Shown here piece by piece: positions 56,495-64,000 of a DNA stretch of 64,000 bases; within the stretch, counting starts at the first letter, position 1, and each line of letters opens with the position of its first letter. Below the pieces are notes generated by a model that was given only the letters and a program-made list of their open reading frames with translations, searched no databases and was not told where the DNA came from. A program made the position numbers and the translations under genes. Source of the stretch: Candidatus Collierbacteria bacterium (GTDB taxonomy: Bacteria; Patescibacteriota; Microgenomatia; UBA1400; JACPES01); the NCBI GenBank assembly GCA_016183365.1, contig JACPES010000005.1:5895-69894 (forward strand), given 5' to 3'.

Positions 56495-57316
56495 CTATTT
56501 GTATCCTTCTTTCTCTATTCTCTCCGCCAGTTCTTTTCCGCCGGTTTCAACAATTCTTCCGTTTTTCATAATATGGACGTAGTCAGGTTGTAGATATTGA
56601 AGAAGTTTGGCGTAATGAGTAATCACAAGAATCCCGGGTTTCTGAAGGACAAAGGACGACCTGCCCGCCAGTCGCCTGACGGCTCCAGCCGGATGGCAGG
56701 CGGGAGGACGAAGGACGAAGGATTTAATATTTTCGGCGATGGTTAGCAAGGCGTCAATGTCCAAACCGCTGTCTGTTTCGTCAAGAATGGCGTATTTTGG
56801 TTGAAGCACCAACATTTGCAAAACCTCCAACCGCTTTTTCTCTCCTCCGGAAAAACCGACGTTGATGCCGCGGCGCAAGAGTTCCGGCTTCACTCCGACT
56901 TTTTTGGCAAGCTTTTCTAAGTCTTTTCTGAATTTGAGGACGTCAAGATGCGATTGCTGATTGTTGTTATAGGCTATTTTTTCTTGAAGAGAGCGCCATA
57001 GTAGTTGTTCGACAGTTACGCCCTCCACCCCCACCGGATATTGCACCGCCAAAAACAACCCCATCCTCGCCCTCTCATCCGGTGTCTTGACCGTTATGTC
57101 CTCTCCATCAAGCTCAACTGTCGATGTCCTTTGTTTTTTGTTTCTTGTCTGGTAACGCGGATGTCCCATCAGCGCCATCGCCAGCGATGACTTACCGCTG
57201 CCGTTTGGCCCCATCAGGGCGTGAATCTCACCGAGCTTTATCGTTAAGGTTACGCCCTTGACGATTTCTTTACCATCTATGGTGACAAATAAGTTATTTA
57301 TTTTTAACATATTCAT
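56495..57316 (-). CDS. sufC: Fe-S cluster assembly ATPase SufC
   Basis: GPNGSGKS, FSGGEKKR, LDETDSGLD, ITHY. Confidence 0.95.
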   Translation of the reverse strand: MNMLKINNLFVTIDGKEIVKGVTLTIKLGEIHALMGPNGSGKSSLAMALMGHPRYQTRNKKQRTSTVELDGEDITVKTPDERARMGLFLAVQYPVGVEGVTVEQLLWRSLQEKIAYNNNQQSHLDVLKFRKDLEKLAKKVGVKPELLRRGINVGFSGGEKKRLEVLQMLVLQPKYAILDETDSGLDIDALLTIAENIKSFVLRPPACHPAGAVRRLAGRSSFVLQKPGILVITHYAKLLQYLQPDYVHIMKNGRIVETGGKELAERIEKEGYK

Positions 57317-57457
57317 TCACAACACGGGTCCTTGAACCCGCAGTTGGGACAGATAGATTCCTTCATGCCGACGACGGCGCCAATGAGGCGACCGCATTGA
57401 GGACAGGGTTGCGTCGGATAATCAGGCCGCTTCTTCAAATCTTTTGGCGACCTCATC
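57313..57457 (-). CDS. putative small zinc-ribbon protein
   Basis: CPQC...CPNC...CCE; stop overlaps the sufC ATG; start uncertain. Confidence 0.45.
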
Positions 57458-58027
57458 CCAGTTGACGACGTTCCACCAGGCTTTAAGGTATTCATCTCTC
57501 TTATTTTGATACTTCAGGTAATAAGCATGCTCCCAAACGTCAACGCCCAGAATTGGGATATCGCCGTTCATCAACGGGCTATCTTGATTAGCAGTAGCAT
57601 AGGCTTTGAGTTTGTCACCGGAAACTACTAACCAGCTCCAACCGCTGCCGAATTGACCCATTCCATTGACGGTTATCAATTCCATCAATTTATCAAGAGA
57701 ACCAAAAGTTTTATTTATCGCCTCAGACAAAACTGTTGACGGCTTTCTGTTTTTTGGCGTCATTATTTCCCAAAATAACGAATGGTTGGCGTGCCCGCCA
57801 CCGTGATTTTTGACGGCAGTCCGGATGTCTTCAGGGATATTGTTTAAATCCTTCAATAATTCCTCAACTGACTTACTCCCTAATTCCGGATGCTTGGCAA
57901 CCGCGTCATTTAGTTTCGCGACATAAGCCGCGTGATGTTTATCGTGGTGAATCTCCATGGTCTTGGCGTCAATTACCGGCTCAAGAGCATCAAAAGAATA
58001 TAGTAATTCTGGTAATTCAAATGGCAT
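57422..58027 (-). CDS. sodA: Fe/Mn superoxide dismutase
   Basis: HHDKHH, GGHANHS, FGSGW, DVWEHAYY. Confidence 0.95.
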   Translation of the reverse strand: MPFELPELLYSFDALEPVIDAKTMEIHHDKHHAAYVAKLNDAVAKHPELGSKSVEELLKDLNNIPEDIRTAVKNHGGGHANHSLFWEIMTPKNRKPSTVLSEAINKTFGSLDKLMELITVNGMGQFGSGWSWLVVSGDKLKAYATANQDSPLMNGDIPILGVDVWEHAYYLKYQNKRDEYLKAWWNVVNWDEVAKRFEEAA

Positions 58028-58403
58028 TATGACTCACCTCCAATCCGGACAGACTGTCATTGGTTATACCGACTAATTTAGCTTCTATTTCTTTTTGAAC
58101 ACATTCCGCTCCGCCATGACAATCGCTGGGGAAATGACAAGAGATCAAATCGATTTTACGCCCCAACGCCAAATAAATATCAGCCAAAGAAAGAATCTTT
58201 CCATCATTTAATCCGTATCCGCCGTTCCGGCCGCGAGAAACCCATAAAATTCCAGACAGCCGTAATTTCCCGACTATCTGCTCCAAAAACTTAAATGAAA
58301 GATGGTGTGCGGTGGCAATTTTCTTGACCGTCACCGGCCCCTGCCCAGATTGCTTGGCAATCTCTGCTAAAAATATTAACGCGTAACGTACGTCTTGTGT
58401 CAT
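58017..58403 (-). CDS. Rrf2 family transcriptional regulator
   Basis: FLEQI...RGRNGGY with three Cys in the C-terminal part. Confidence 0.9.
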   Translation of the reverse strand: MTQDVRYALIFLAEIAKQSGQGPVTVKKIATAHHLSFKFLEQIVGKLRLSGILWVSRGRNGGYGLNDGKILSLADIYLALGRKIDLISCHFPSDCHGGAECVQKEIEAKLVGITNDSLSGLEVSHNAI

Positions 58404-58417
58404 AAACTTTATTTTCC

Positions 58418-58434
58418 CCTAGTAACTTAGTAGG
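58418..58434. promoter_or_regulatory. candidate Rrf2 operator
   Basis: Imperfect palindrome CCTAGTAA-C-TTAGTAGG between the divergent Rrf2 and CDGSH genes. Confidence 0.5.
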
Positions 58435-58446
58435 AATATATCATTC

Positions 58447-58475
58447 TTGACAAGAATATCAAGATGGAATATTAT
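58447..58475 (+). promoter_or_regulatory. sigma70 promoter of the CDGSH gene
   Basis: TTGACA-17 nt-TATTAT. Confidence 0.6.
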
Positions 58476-58485
58476 AAATTTTGAA

Positions 58486-58719
58486 ATGTCTAGATTAGTT
58501 CAGCACAATTCCACAGCTCCGGTGCCGATCAAATCCCCGGCCGACGGCTCGCCGACGTGGATCTGCCAGTGCGGCTTATCCAAAAACCAACCCCTCTGCG
58601 ACGGCTCGCACCAGGCCTGTAAAGATGAAGACAGTAACAAACTCTACGAGTACAACGAAAAGCTGGAAAGAAACGAATTGTCTCAGTCTCCAAGGCCGTC
58701 TTCTGTTTATAAATCTTAA
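58486..58719 (+). CDS. CDGSH iron-sulfur domain protein
   Basis: WICQCGLSKNQPLCDGSH. Confidence 0.92.
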   Translation: MSRLVQHNSTAPVPIKSPADGSPTWICQCGLSKNQPLCDGSHQACKDEDSNKLYEYNEKLERNELSQSPRPSSVYKS

Positions 58720-58747
58720 AGAGTAATCCGCTGGTATAATGCCCCTA

Positions 58748-59824
58748 ATGGACGGCTCAATCGGTAAACAATATCTTAAGGATTATCTGGACAAATCCGA
58801 TCCCTTGTTTGAGGAACATCTTCAGAAAAAGATTGACGAGGCGCGAGAAATCAGCAAAATTCCGGCCGAGTTGTTGAAAAGATTTTTAGACACTGCCAGA
58901 CGGGGAAAGAAAATCCGAGGGGCGCTGGTGACACTGGGATATAAAGTCGCCGGAGGGACGGATGAGATGACGGCACTTCAAGCGGGACTTGTAATGGAAC
59001 TGTTTCATACCGCACTACTGATTCAGGACGACGTTATGGATCAAGACAATCTTCGGCGAGAATTGCCTGCGCTACACCATCAATTTAAACAATTCGGGAA
59101 AAAATTAACTGTCAGAGGGGACTTTTTGCATTACGGCGAGTCGATGGTTTCTTGCGTTACCGACGCTATTTTTTACTTATCTTGGGAAAAACTTCTGGAA
59201 TTAAATGTTGATAGTAAAAACATTATCGCCGCCGGAAAAACCTATGCTCAATATGCGGTCAGAACCGCTTGGGGACAAGCTCTTGACATCACTACTACCG
59301 CACTGGGCGAAATCAAAGAAAAAGACGCCATGGCCATTCTCCGCTATAAATCAGCCGAATATACCGGAGTGTTGCCTCTTTTGGCTGGAGCGGCTCTGGC
59401 GGGAGAAAAAGACGAGAAAAAACTTCGGGCGATCAAAGATTACGGTTTGGCTTTTGGCTGGGCGTTTCAAATCCAGGACGACATTTTAGGGATGTTTGGT
59501 GATGAAGAAAAAGTCGGTAAGCCAGTGGGATCGGATTTGCGGGAGGGGAAAAATACGCTGCTAATGCTTCATCTGGCGCAAAAGGGAACACCGGAGCAGC
59601 GGGCATTCCAAAGAAAAGTTTTGGGGAATAAAAATATCACCAAAGACGATGTGTTGAAAATGCGCCAGATTCTCCGCGACGCCAGATCCTACCAACACGT
59701 CGTCGATCTGGGTTGGAAATACGTTGACGAAGGCAAAAAACAAATTCCGTTAATCACTGCCGACAAAAAATTACAAGCAATATTGGAGTCATTGATAGTT
59801 TATATGATGGAGAGGGTGAAATAG
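58748..59824 (+). CDS. polyprenyl diphosphate synthase
   Basis: GKKIRG, QDDVMD..RR, GQALD, FQIQDD, DLREGK. Confidence 0.92.
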   Translation: MDGSIGKQYLKDYLDKSDPLFEEHLQKKIDEAREISKIPAELLKRFLDTARRGKKIRGALVTLGYKVAGGTDEMTALQAGLVMELFHTALLIQDDVMDQDNLRRELPALHHQFKQFGKKLTVRGDFLHYGESMVSCVTDAIFYLSWEKLLELNVDSKNIIAAGKTYAQYAVRTAWGQALDITTTALGEIKEKDAMAILRYKSAEYTGVLPLLAGAALAGEKDEKKLRAIKDYGLAFGWAFQIQDDILGMFGDEEKVGKPVGSDLREGKNTLLMLHLAQKGTPEQRAFQRKVLGNKNITKDDVLKMRQILRDARSYQHVVDLGWKYVDEGKKQIPLITADKKLQAILESLIVYMMERVK

Positions 59825-60208
59825 TTAAGCGTTGAAGAATTTTAGGCCCGGGATTCCCTGAAAATGTTTTTTATTTCTGGTCGCTAGCTGAACTTTGAGC
59901 CAGATTGAGGTTGCTCCAATAATAAAATCTGAAGTTTGGATAGCCAATTTCCGTTCCCGCCTAAGTTCGCCGCTAAATCTGGCAAGCACTTTGTCAAATG
60001 TAACAACCTTGAAGCTGTCAATAAATTTCTCGAGGGTGACAGCGGTTTCGGCTGAAGATTTACCGGCAAACAATTCCATCACGGTAATGCTGGAAAGATA
60101 AAGTTCAATTTGGCGTTGTTTTTGCAGCCCGATCAGCGCAGGAAACGATCCCCGTCCGGAGCGGAAAAAATCAATTAATATATCGGTATCCACCAATACC
60201 TTCTTCAT
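59825..60208 (-). CDS. vapC: PIN-domain toxin (VapC-like)
   Basis: LVDTDILID, TVMEL, DFIIGAT, TRNKKHF. Confidence 0.9.
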   Translation of the reverse strand: MKKVLVDTDILIDFFRSGRGSFPALIGLQKQRQIELYLSSITVMELFAGKSSAETAVTLEKFIDSFKVVTFDKVLARFSGELRRERKLAIQTSDFIIGATSIWLKVQLATRNKKHFQGIPGLKFFNA

Positions 60209-60492
60209 TAACTCTCTCCCAGATGTTTCATATATTCTCTTTCTTTTTTGTTTCTGAAAAGCTTTCTATCGAAAGTAATTTTGCCCACCAATTTTTCTGC
60301 CAGCTCGAGCGCTCTTCCAGCCCTAGCTTCTAAGTCGTCATCCATTTTTGTAACTTTGAAGATTTTCCTGCCCTTGTTTTCAACTTCAACTTCGTAGCCC
60401 TCCAGCGATACCAAACCGGCATACTTGAATAAATCTTTTCTGAATGCGGTAATCGGCACGGTCGTAATCATATGTACATAAGTGTACACCAT
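60208..60492 (-). CDS. Phd-like antitoxin
   Basis: VPITAFRKDLF; stop overlaps the toxin ATG. Confidence 0.75.
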   Translation of the reverse strand: MVYTYVHMITTVPITAFRKDLFKYAGLVSLEGYEVEVENKGRKIFKVTKMDDDLEARAGRALELAEKLVGKITFDRKLFRNKKEREYMKHLGES

Positions 60493-60529
60493 CCGTCAGG
60501 TTTGTCAATATCCCCTATAATGACTTATC

Positions 60530-62266
60530 ATGATACCTAAATCCTATCAATGGCTTTTGTGGGGTAGTTTTATTTTTTTCCTGGGGGCAATGCTATTGCG
60601 TCAGGAATCGGCAATAACTCAAGACTTAGGCCGGCATTTAAGATTAGGAGAAATGATTGTGGCCGGCGGAGACGAAAGAAAATGCGCGCTGTTTAGCAAC
60701 TGCCTGACGTTTACACACCCCGACTATCTGTTTGTTAACCATCACTGGGGAAGTGAGATAATCTTTTACCTCATCCATAAATGGGCAGGATTTTCCGGAA
60801 TCATCATTTTCAAAGCAATTATTCTGGGGCTGACGTTTTTAATTACAGTTCTCCATGCATCACAGTTTCTGAACACTCTGAAAACTCAGAGAACCGGAGA
60901 TCCAGAGAATCGGATAATCAGAAAATCAGATATCCGACTGTCCGGCGTTCTGAATTTCCGACAATCTGGATTTCTGAGCATTCCGAGTTTTCCGAACCTT
61001 GCCATCGCCGTCGCGCTGACATTTCTCTCCATCCAAATGATGGCCGATCGGCTAACGACCAGGCCGGAAATTTTTGGATATTTGCTGTTCGCGATATTGT
61101 TTTGGGTGTTGGACAGACGTAAAGAGAGATTGCCACGTCATCCCTCGACAAGCTTGGGACTCCTCGCAATGACGGTAACGACCTCCTTGATAATTTTAAT
61201 TTGGGTGAATTTACATATCTCTTTTATTTTTGGCTTGATTTTGGTTTGGATTTGGGCAGGGAGTCGACTATTAACGTCATTGCGAGGGAACGTTAGCGAC
61301 CGCGGCAATCTCCAAGATCGCCATGTCCCGATTTCATCGGGGCTCTCGATGACTCCGGTGGCGATTGCAACTGCGTCTACTATTGCGTCTACTATGATAA
61401 TCATTTTCAACCCTTCCGGCCTCCGCGGCGCCCTAATGCCGCTATCAATTCTCAAGGATTACGGGTACACCGTCGTTGAAAACATGACTCCGTTTTTCCT
61501 TTCTGCCTTTAAGCCTCAACCGGAATATTGGATTTACACCCTATTGTTGCTAACTGTCACTGTTTTATTAATTATTTCCCCAAAGAAACCGCCTCTCTTC
61601 TCTATCTTGACCTTTTATATCTTTTCTATCTTTCCGTTGATAGCCGTGAGGCACTTGCCGTTTTTTGGCTTGACGACGGTACCGATTTTAACCCTGTTGG
61701 TTGCTGTGAAGTTTCGCAAACTTCACAATGATGAAAAGTTTGCGAAACTGCCGATTCTAGTGGCGAGTAGTTTGCTAATCGCGGCGTTGACCAATCCAAT
61801 TCCGCTCGTTTATGGCAAATTGTCACCGATTGGTTTGACAATAGATTCGCGACACAATCAGGCCATTGACTTTGTTAAGCAAAATAATCTTCAGGGGCAA
61901 ATGTGGAACAATTACGATATCGGCAGTTTCCTGGAATGGGCTATCCCTGAACATAAAACCTTTGTCGACGGACGGCCGGAAGCGTTTCCGGTCGGATTTT
62001 TCCAAGATGTCTATATCCCGATGCAAGAGGATAAAACAGCTTGGGATTTGGTAGCAACTAAATACGATATCCAGTGGATATTCGTAGCCCTGACTGACGC
62101 CACCCCCTGGTTTATCAAATGGTGGCAGATGATCCGAGACCATAAAGATTGGCGAATTGTATATATTGATAACTTCAGCGCTGTTTTGGTCAAAGTCGAT
62201 AGTCAGAACAACTTGATTGGACCTCAAGGGAAAACCAAAATTCTGAACATCAATAGTCTGGATTGA
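60530..62266 (+). CDS. multi-TM GT-C-like membrane protein carrying four in-frame repeat inserts
   Basis: DLGRHLRLG, NHHW, WVNLH, NNYDIG, FVDGRPE. Confidence 0.8.
   Translation: MIPKSYQWLLWGSFIFFLGAMLLRQESAITQDLGRHLRLGEMIVAGGDERKCALFSNCLTFTHPDYLFVNHHWGSEIIFYLIHKWAGFSGIIIFKAIILGLTFLITVLHASQFLNTLKTQRTGDPENRIIRKSDIRLSGVLNFRQSGFLSIPSFPNLAIAVALTFLSIQMMADRLTTRPEIFGYLLFAILFWVLDRRKERLPRHPSTSLGLLAMTVTTSLIILIWVNLHISFIFGLILVWIWAGSRLLTSLRGNVSDRGNLQDRHVPISSGLSMTPVAIATASTIASTMIIIFNPSGLRGALMPLSILKDYGYTVVENMTPFFLSAFKPQPEYWIYTLLLLTVTVLLIISPKKPPLFSILTFYIFSIFPLIAVRHLPFFGLTTVPILTLLVAVKFRKLHNDEKFAKLPILVASSLLIAALTNPIPLVYGKLSPIGLTIDSRHNQAIDFVKQNNLQGQMWNNYDIGSFLEWAIPEHKTFVDGRPEAFPVGFFQDVYIPMQEDKTAWDLVATKYDIQWIFVALTDATPWFIKWWQMIRDHKDWRIVYIDNFSAVLVKVDSQNNLIGPQGKTKILNINSLD
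60866..60997. repeat. family A in-frame inverted-repeat element (membrane protein)
   Basis: Encodes LNTLKTQRTGDPENRIIRKSDIRLSGVLNFRQSGFLSIPSFPN. Confidence 0.88.
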
Positions 62267-62301
62267 CAAAGAGTCAGGTTTCGGTTACCCTCTTTGACAA
62301 G

Positions 62302-63018
62302 ATGACAGAATCTCCCGGAAACAAAAATATCTTAATTGCCCTTTTAGTCGTAGCGGCTTTTTTGATCGGAGCCTTGACGACCGAAGTCCGTTATCTCAAA
62401 AAATCCAATAGCCAAAATAGCCAGTCGCTAAACAACGCCCAAAATGTCGCCAAAGAAGAAAATATCTCCGCCCCGCCGCTGACTGATTCCGACCATGTTT
62501 TAGGCAATCGGAATTCCAGACTGCTATTTATAGTGTATTCTGACCTGGAATGCCCGTTCTGCAAACTTTTTCACCATACCACCAAACAAATTCTGGAAGA
62601 ATATAAGGATAATTTGGCAATTGTATACCGGCATTTCCCCTTGGATATTCATCCAAAAGCCAGGAAGGAAGCTGAAGCGGTCGAATGCGCCCAAGAAATT
62701 GGCAAACCTGATGATTTCTGGAAATTGGTGGATAAAATTTTCGAAGTTACCCCGTCCAACAACGGTTTAAACCCTGACGATCTGCCAAAGTTAGCCATGC
62801 AAATCGGTTTGAATGAAAATAAATTCAAAGATTGTCTGTCCAGTGGGAAATTCGCCCAAAGGGTAGAAAGCGACTATAGTCAAGGTTCTCGAGCCGGGAT
62901 ATCGGCCACCCCCAGTAGTGTCATTATTGATACCAAAACCGGAAAAACTAAAACTATAACCGGCGCTGTTCAGGCAAACCAAATCAAGTCAGTAATAGAT
63001 TCTATGCTAAAAGAATAG
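62302..63018 (+). CDS. DsbA-like thioredoxin-fold protein
   Basis: YSDLECPFCK, RHFPL, ATP. Confidence 0.92.
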   Translation: MTESPGNKNILIALLVVAAFLIGALTTEVRYLKKSNSQNSQSLNNAQNVAKEENISAPPLTDSDHVLGNRNSRLLFIVYSDLECPFCKLFHHTTKQILEEYKDNLAIVYRHFPLDIHPKARKEAEAVECAQEIGKPDDFWKLVDKIFEVTPSNNGLNPDDLPKLAMQIGLNENKFKDCLSSGKFAQRVESDYSQGSRAGISATPSSVIIDTKTGKTKTITGAVQANQIKSVIDSMLKE

Positions 63019-63669
63019 ATGAATCATCTATTGAAAAAATTAAGCTTCGTTCTTCTGGCTGTTTTAATTACGGCCGGGGGAATTTTTGCTCTCAGCCGAA
63101 AACCTAAAACGGTTGAAGGAATAGAAACATTCTCTGATCAAGGCCGCAACCACGTCCCAGACGGAACCGTAGTGGAATATAACAGCAACCCTCCCACATC
63201 CGGACCTCACTCCGCCATATGGGAAAAACCGGGAATATACAACAATGTTCTTGAAGACGGAAAATTAATTCATTCGCTTGAACACGGCTATGTAATAATT
63301 TCGTATAACTGCGATAAAAAACAGGCCTTTAGCCCTTGGCTTTTAGCCCTTGGCCTTAATGTTTATGCCCATGAGACAGACGAACCCCATGAAGAAATTC
63401 CGGCCTCTGACAGTGCCGAGATTAAAACCGGAAATATTTCTGGCTGGAAAGACGATCCCGATTGTCAAAATTTAGTCGGGCAAATAAAACAAATAACCAA
63501 AAAAACCGGAATTAACCGGCTGATTGTGGTACCACGGCCAAATCTGGATGCGCCAATCGCCATGACTGCATGGACAAAGTTAATGAAACTGAATACTGCG
63601 GAAGAAGATAAAATTATTGAATTTATCAAATTGTTCCGCAATAAAGGCCCTGAAAAAACCATGGAATGA
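63019..63669 (+). CDS. DUF3105 family protein
   Basis: YNSNPPTSGPH, HSLEHG, TAW. Confidence 0.85.
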   Translation: MNHLLKKLSFVLLAVLITAGGIFALSRKPKTVEGIETFSDQGRNHVPDGTVVEYNSNPPTSGPHSAIWEKPGIYNNVLEDGKLIHSLEHGYVIISYNCDKKQAFSPWLLALGLNVYAHETDEPHEEIPASDSAEIKTGNISGWKDDPDCQNLVGQIKQITKKTGINRLIVVPRPNLDAPIAMTAWTKLMKLNTAEEDKIIEFIKLFRNKGPEKTME

Positions 63670-64000
63670 CAGATTTTTTTCAACAAGTCTACGCTCTAAC
63701 TTCTAAAGTCCCAAAAGGCAAAGTAACTACCTATGGAACAATTGCCAAATCCATTTCAACCCGCAACGCCCGCAGAGTTGGCCATGCCCTCCACTCCAAT
63801 AAAAACAGTCGGGTTCCTTGCCACCGGGTAGTCTTTGCAAACGGTTCTTTGGCCCCCGGATACGCTTTCGGAGGACCAACGGTTCAAAAGAAAAAGCTGT
63901 TGTCGGAAGGAGTTGGTTTTACCACCGACGGAAAGGTGGATCTAAATCGGTTCTTTTTCCAACTTGGAGATTTTAAACAATCTGAAAATATTCCCGATTA
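63666..64000 (+). CDS. MGMT/Ogt-like alkylated-DNA repair protein (not in ORF track; reaches window end)
   Basis: Manual translation MTDFFQQVYALTSKVPKGKVTTYGTIA...RVG.AL..N...VPCHRVV. Confidence 0.88.
   Translation, partial: MTDFFQQVYALTSKVPKGKVTTYGTIAKSISTRNARRVGHALHSNKNSRVPCHRVVFANGSLAPGYAFGGPTVQKKKLLSEGVGFTTDGKVDLNRFFFQLGDFKQSENIPD

Noticed and set aside
6471-63686. Numerous short antisense ORFs in the track
   Set aside because: They are shadows of well-supported genes on the opposite strand or frame.

Overview
Chromosomal window from a small-genome bacterium, most likely Patescibacteria/CPR (Microgenomates-like; inferred from tRNA-Ile(UAU), leaderless starts, a split transketolase and CPR-type proteins); genetic code 11. 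It holds three tRNAs: Met, an initiator-like Met split by a 178-nt group I intron, and Ile-UAU. Protein genes include three tandem class II ribonucleotide reductases next to a cobalamin adenosyltransferase, two class A PBPs, a pentose-phosphate/aldolase cluster, a Suf/SOD/Rrf2 Fe-S cluster, several GT-C membrane proteins and five toxin-antitoxin pairs. The most striking signal is about 40 short repeat or palindrome elements (manual count) from at least seven sequence families, sitting in frame inside about 22 otherwise ordinary genes and adding low-complexity peptides. They reuse the same loops in paralogues, nest inside one another and avoid in-frame stops. Two candidate mobilisers lie in the window, each flanked by related repeats: a GIY-YIG nuclease and a truncated four-helix-bundle gene. 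All coordinates and family calls were made by eye, with no database searches.
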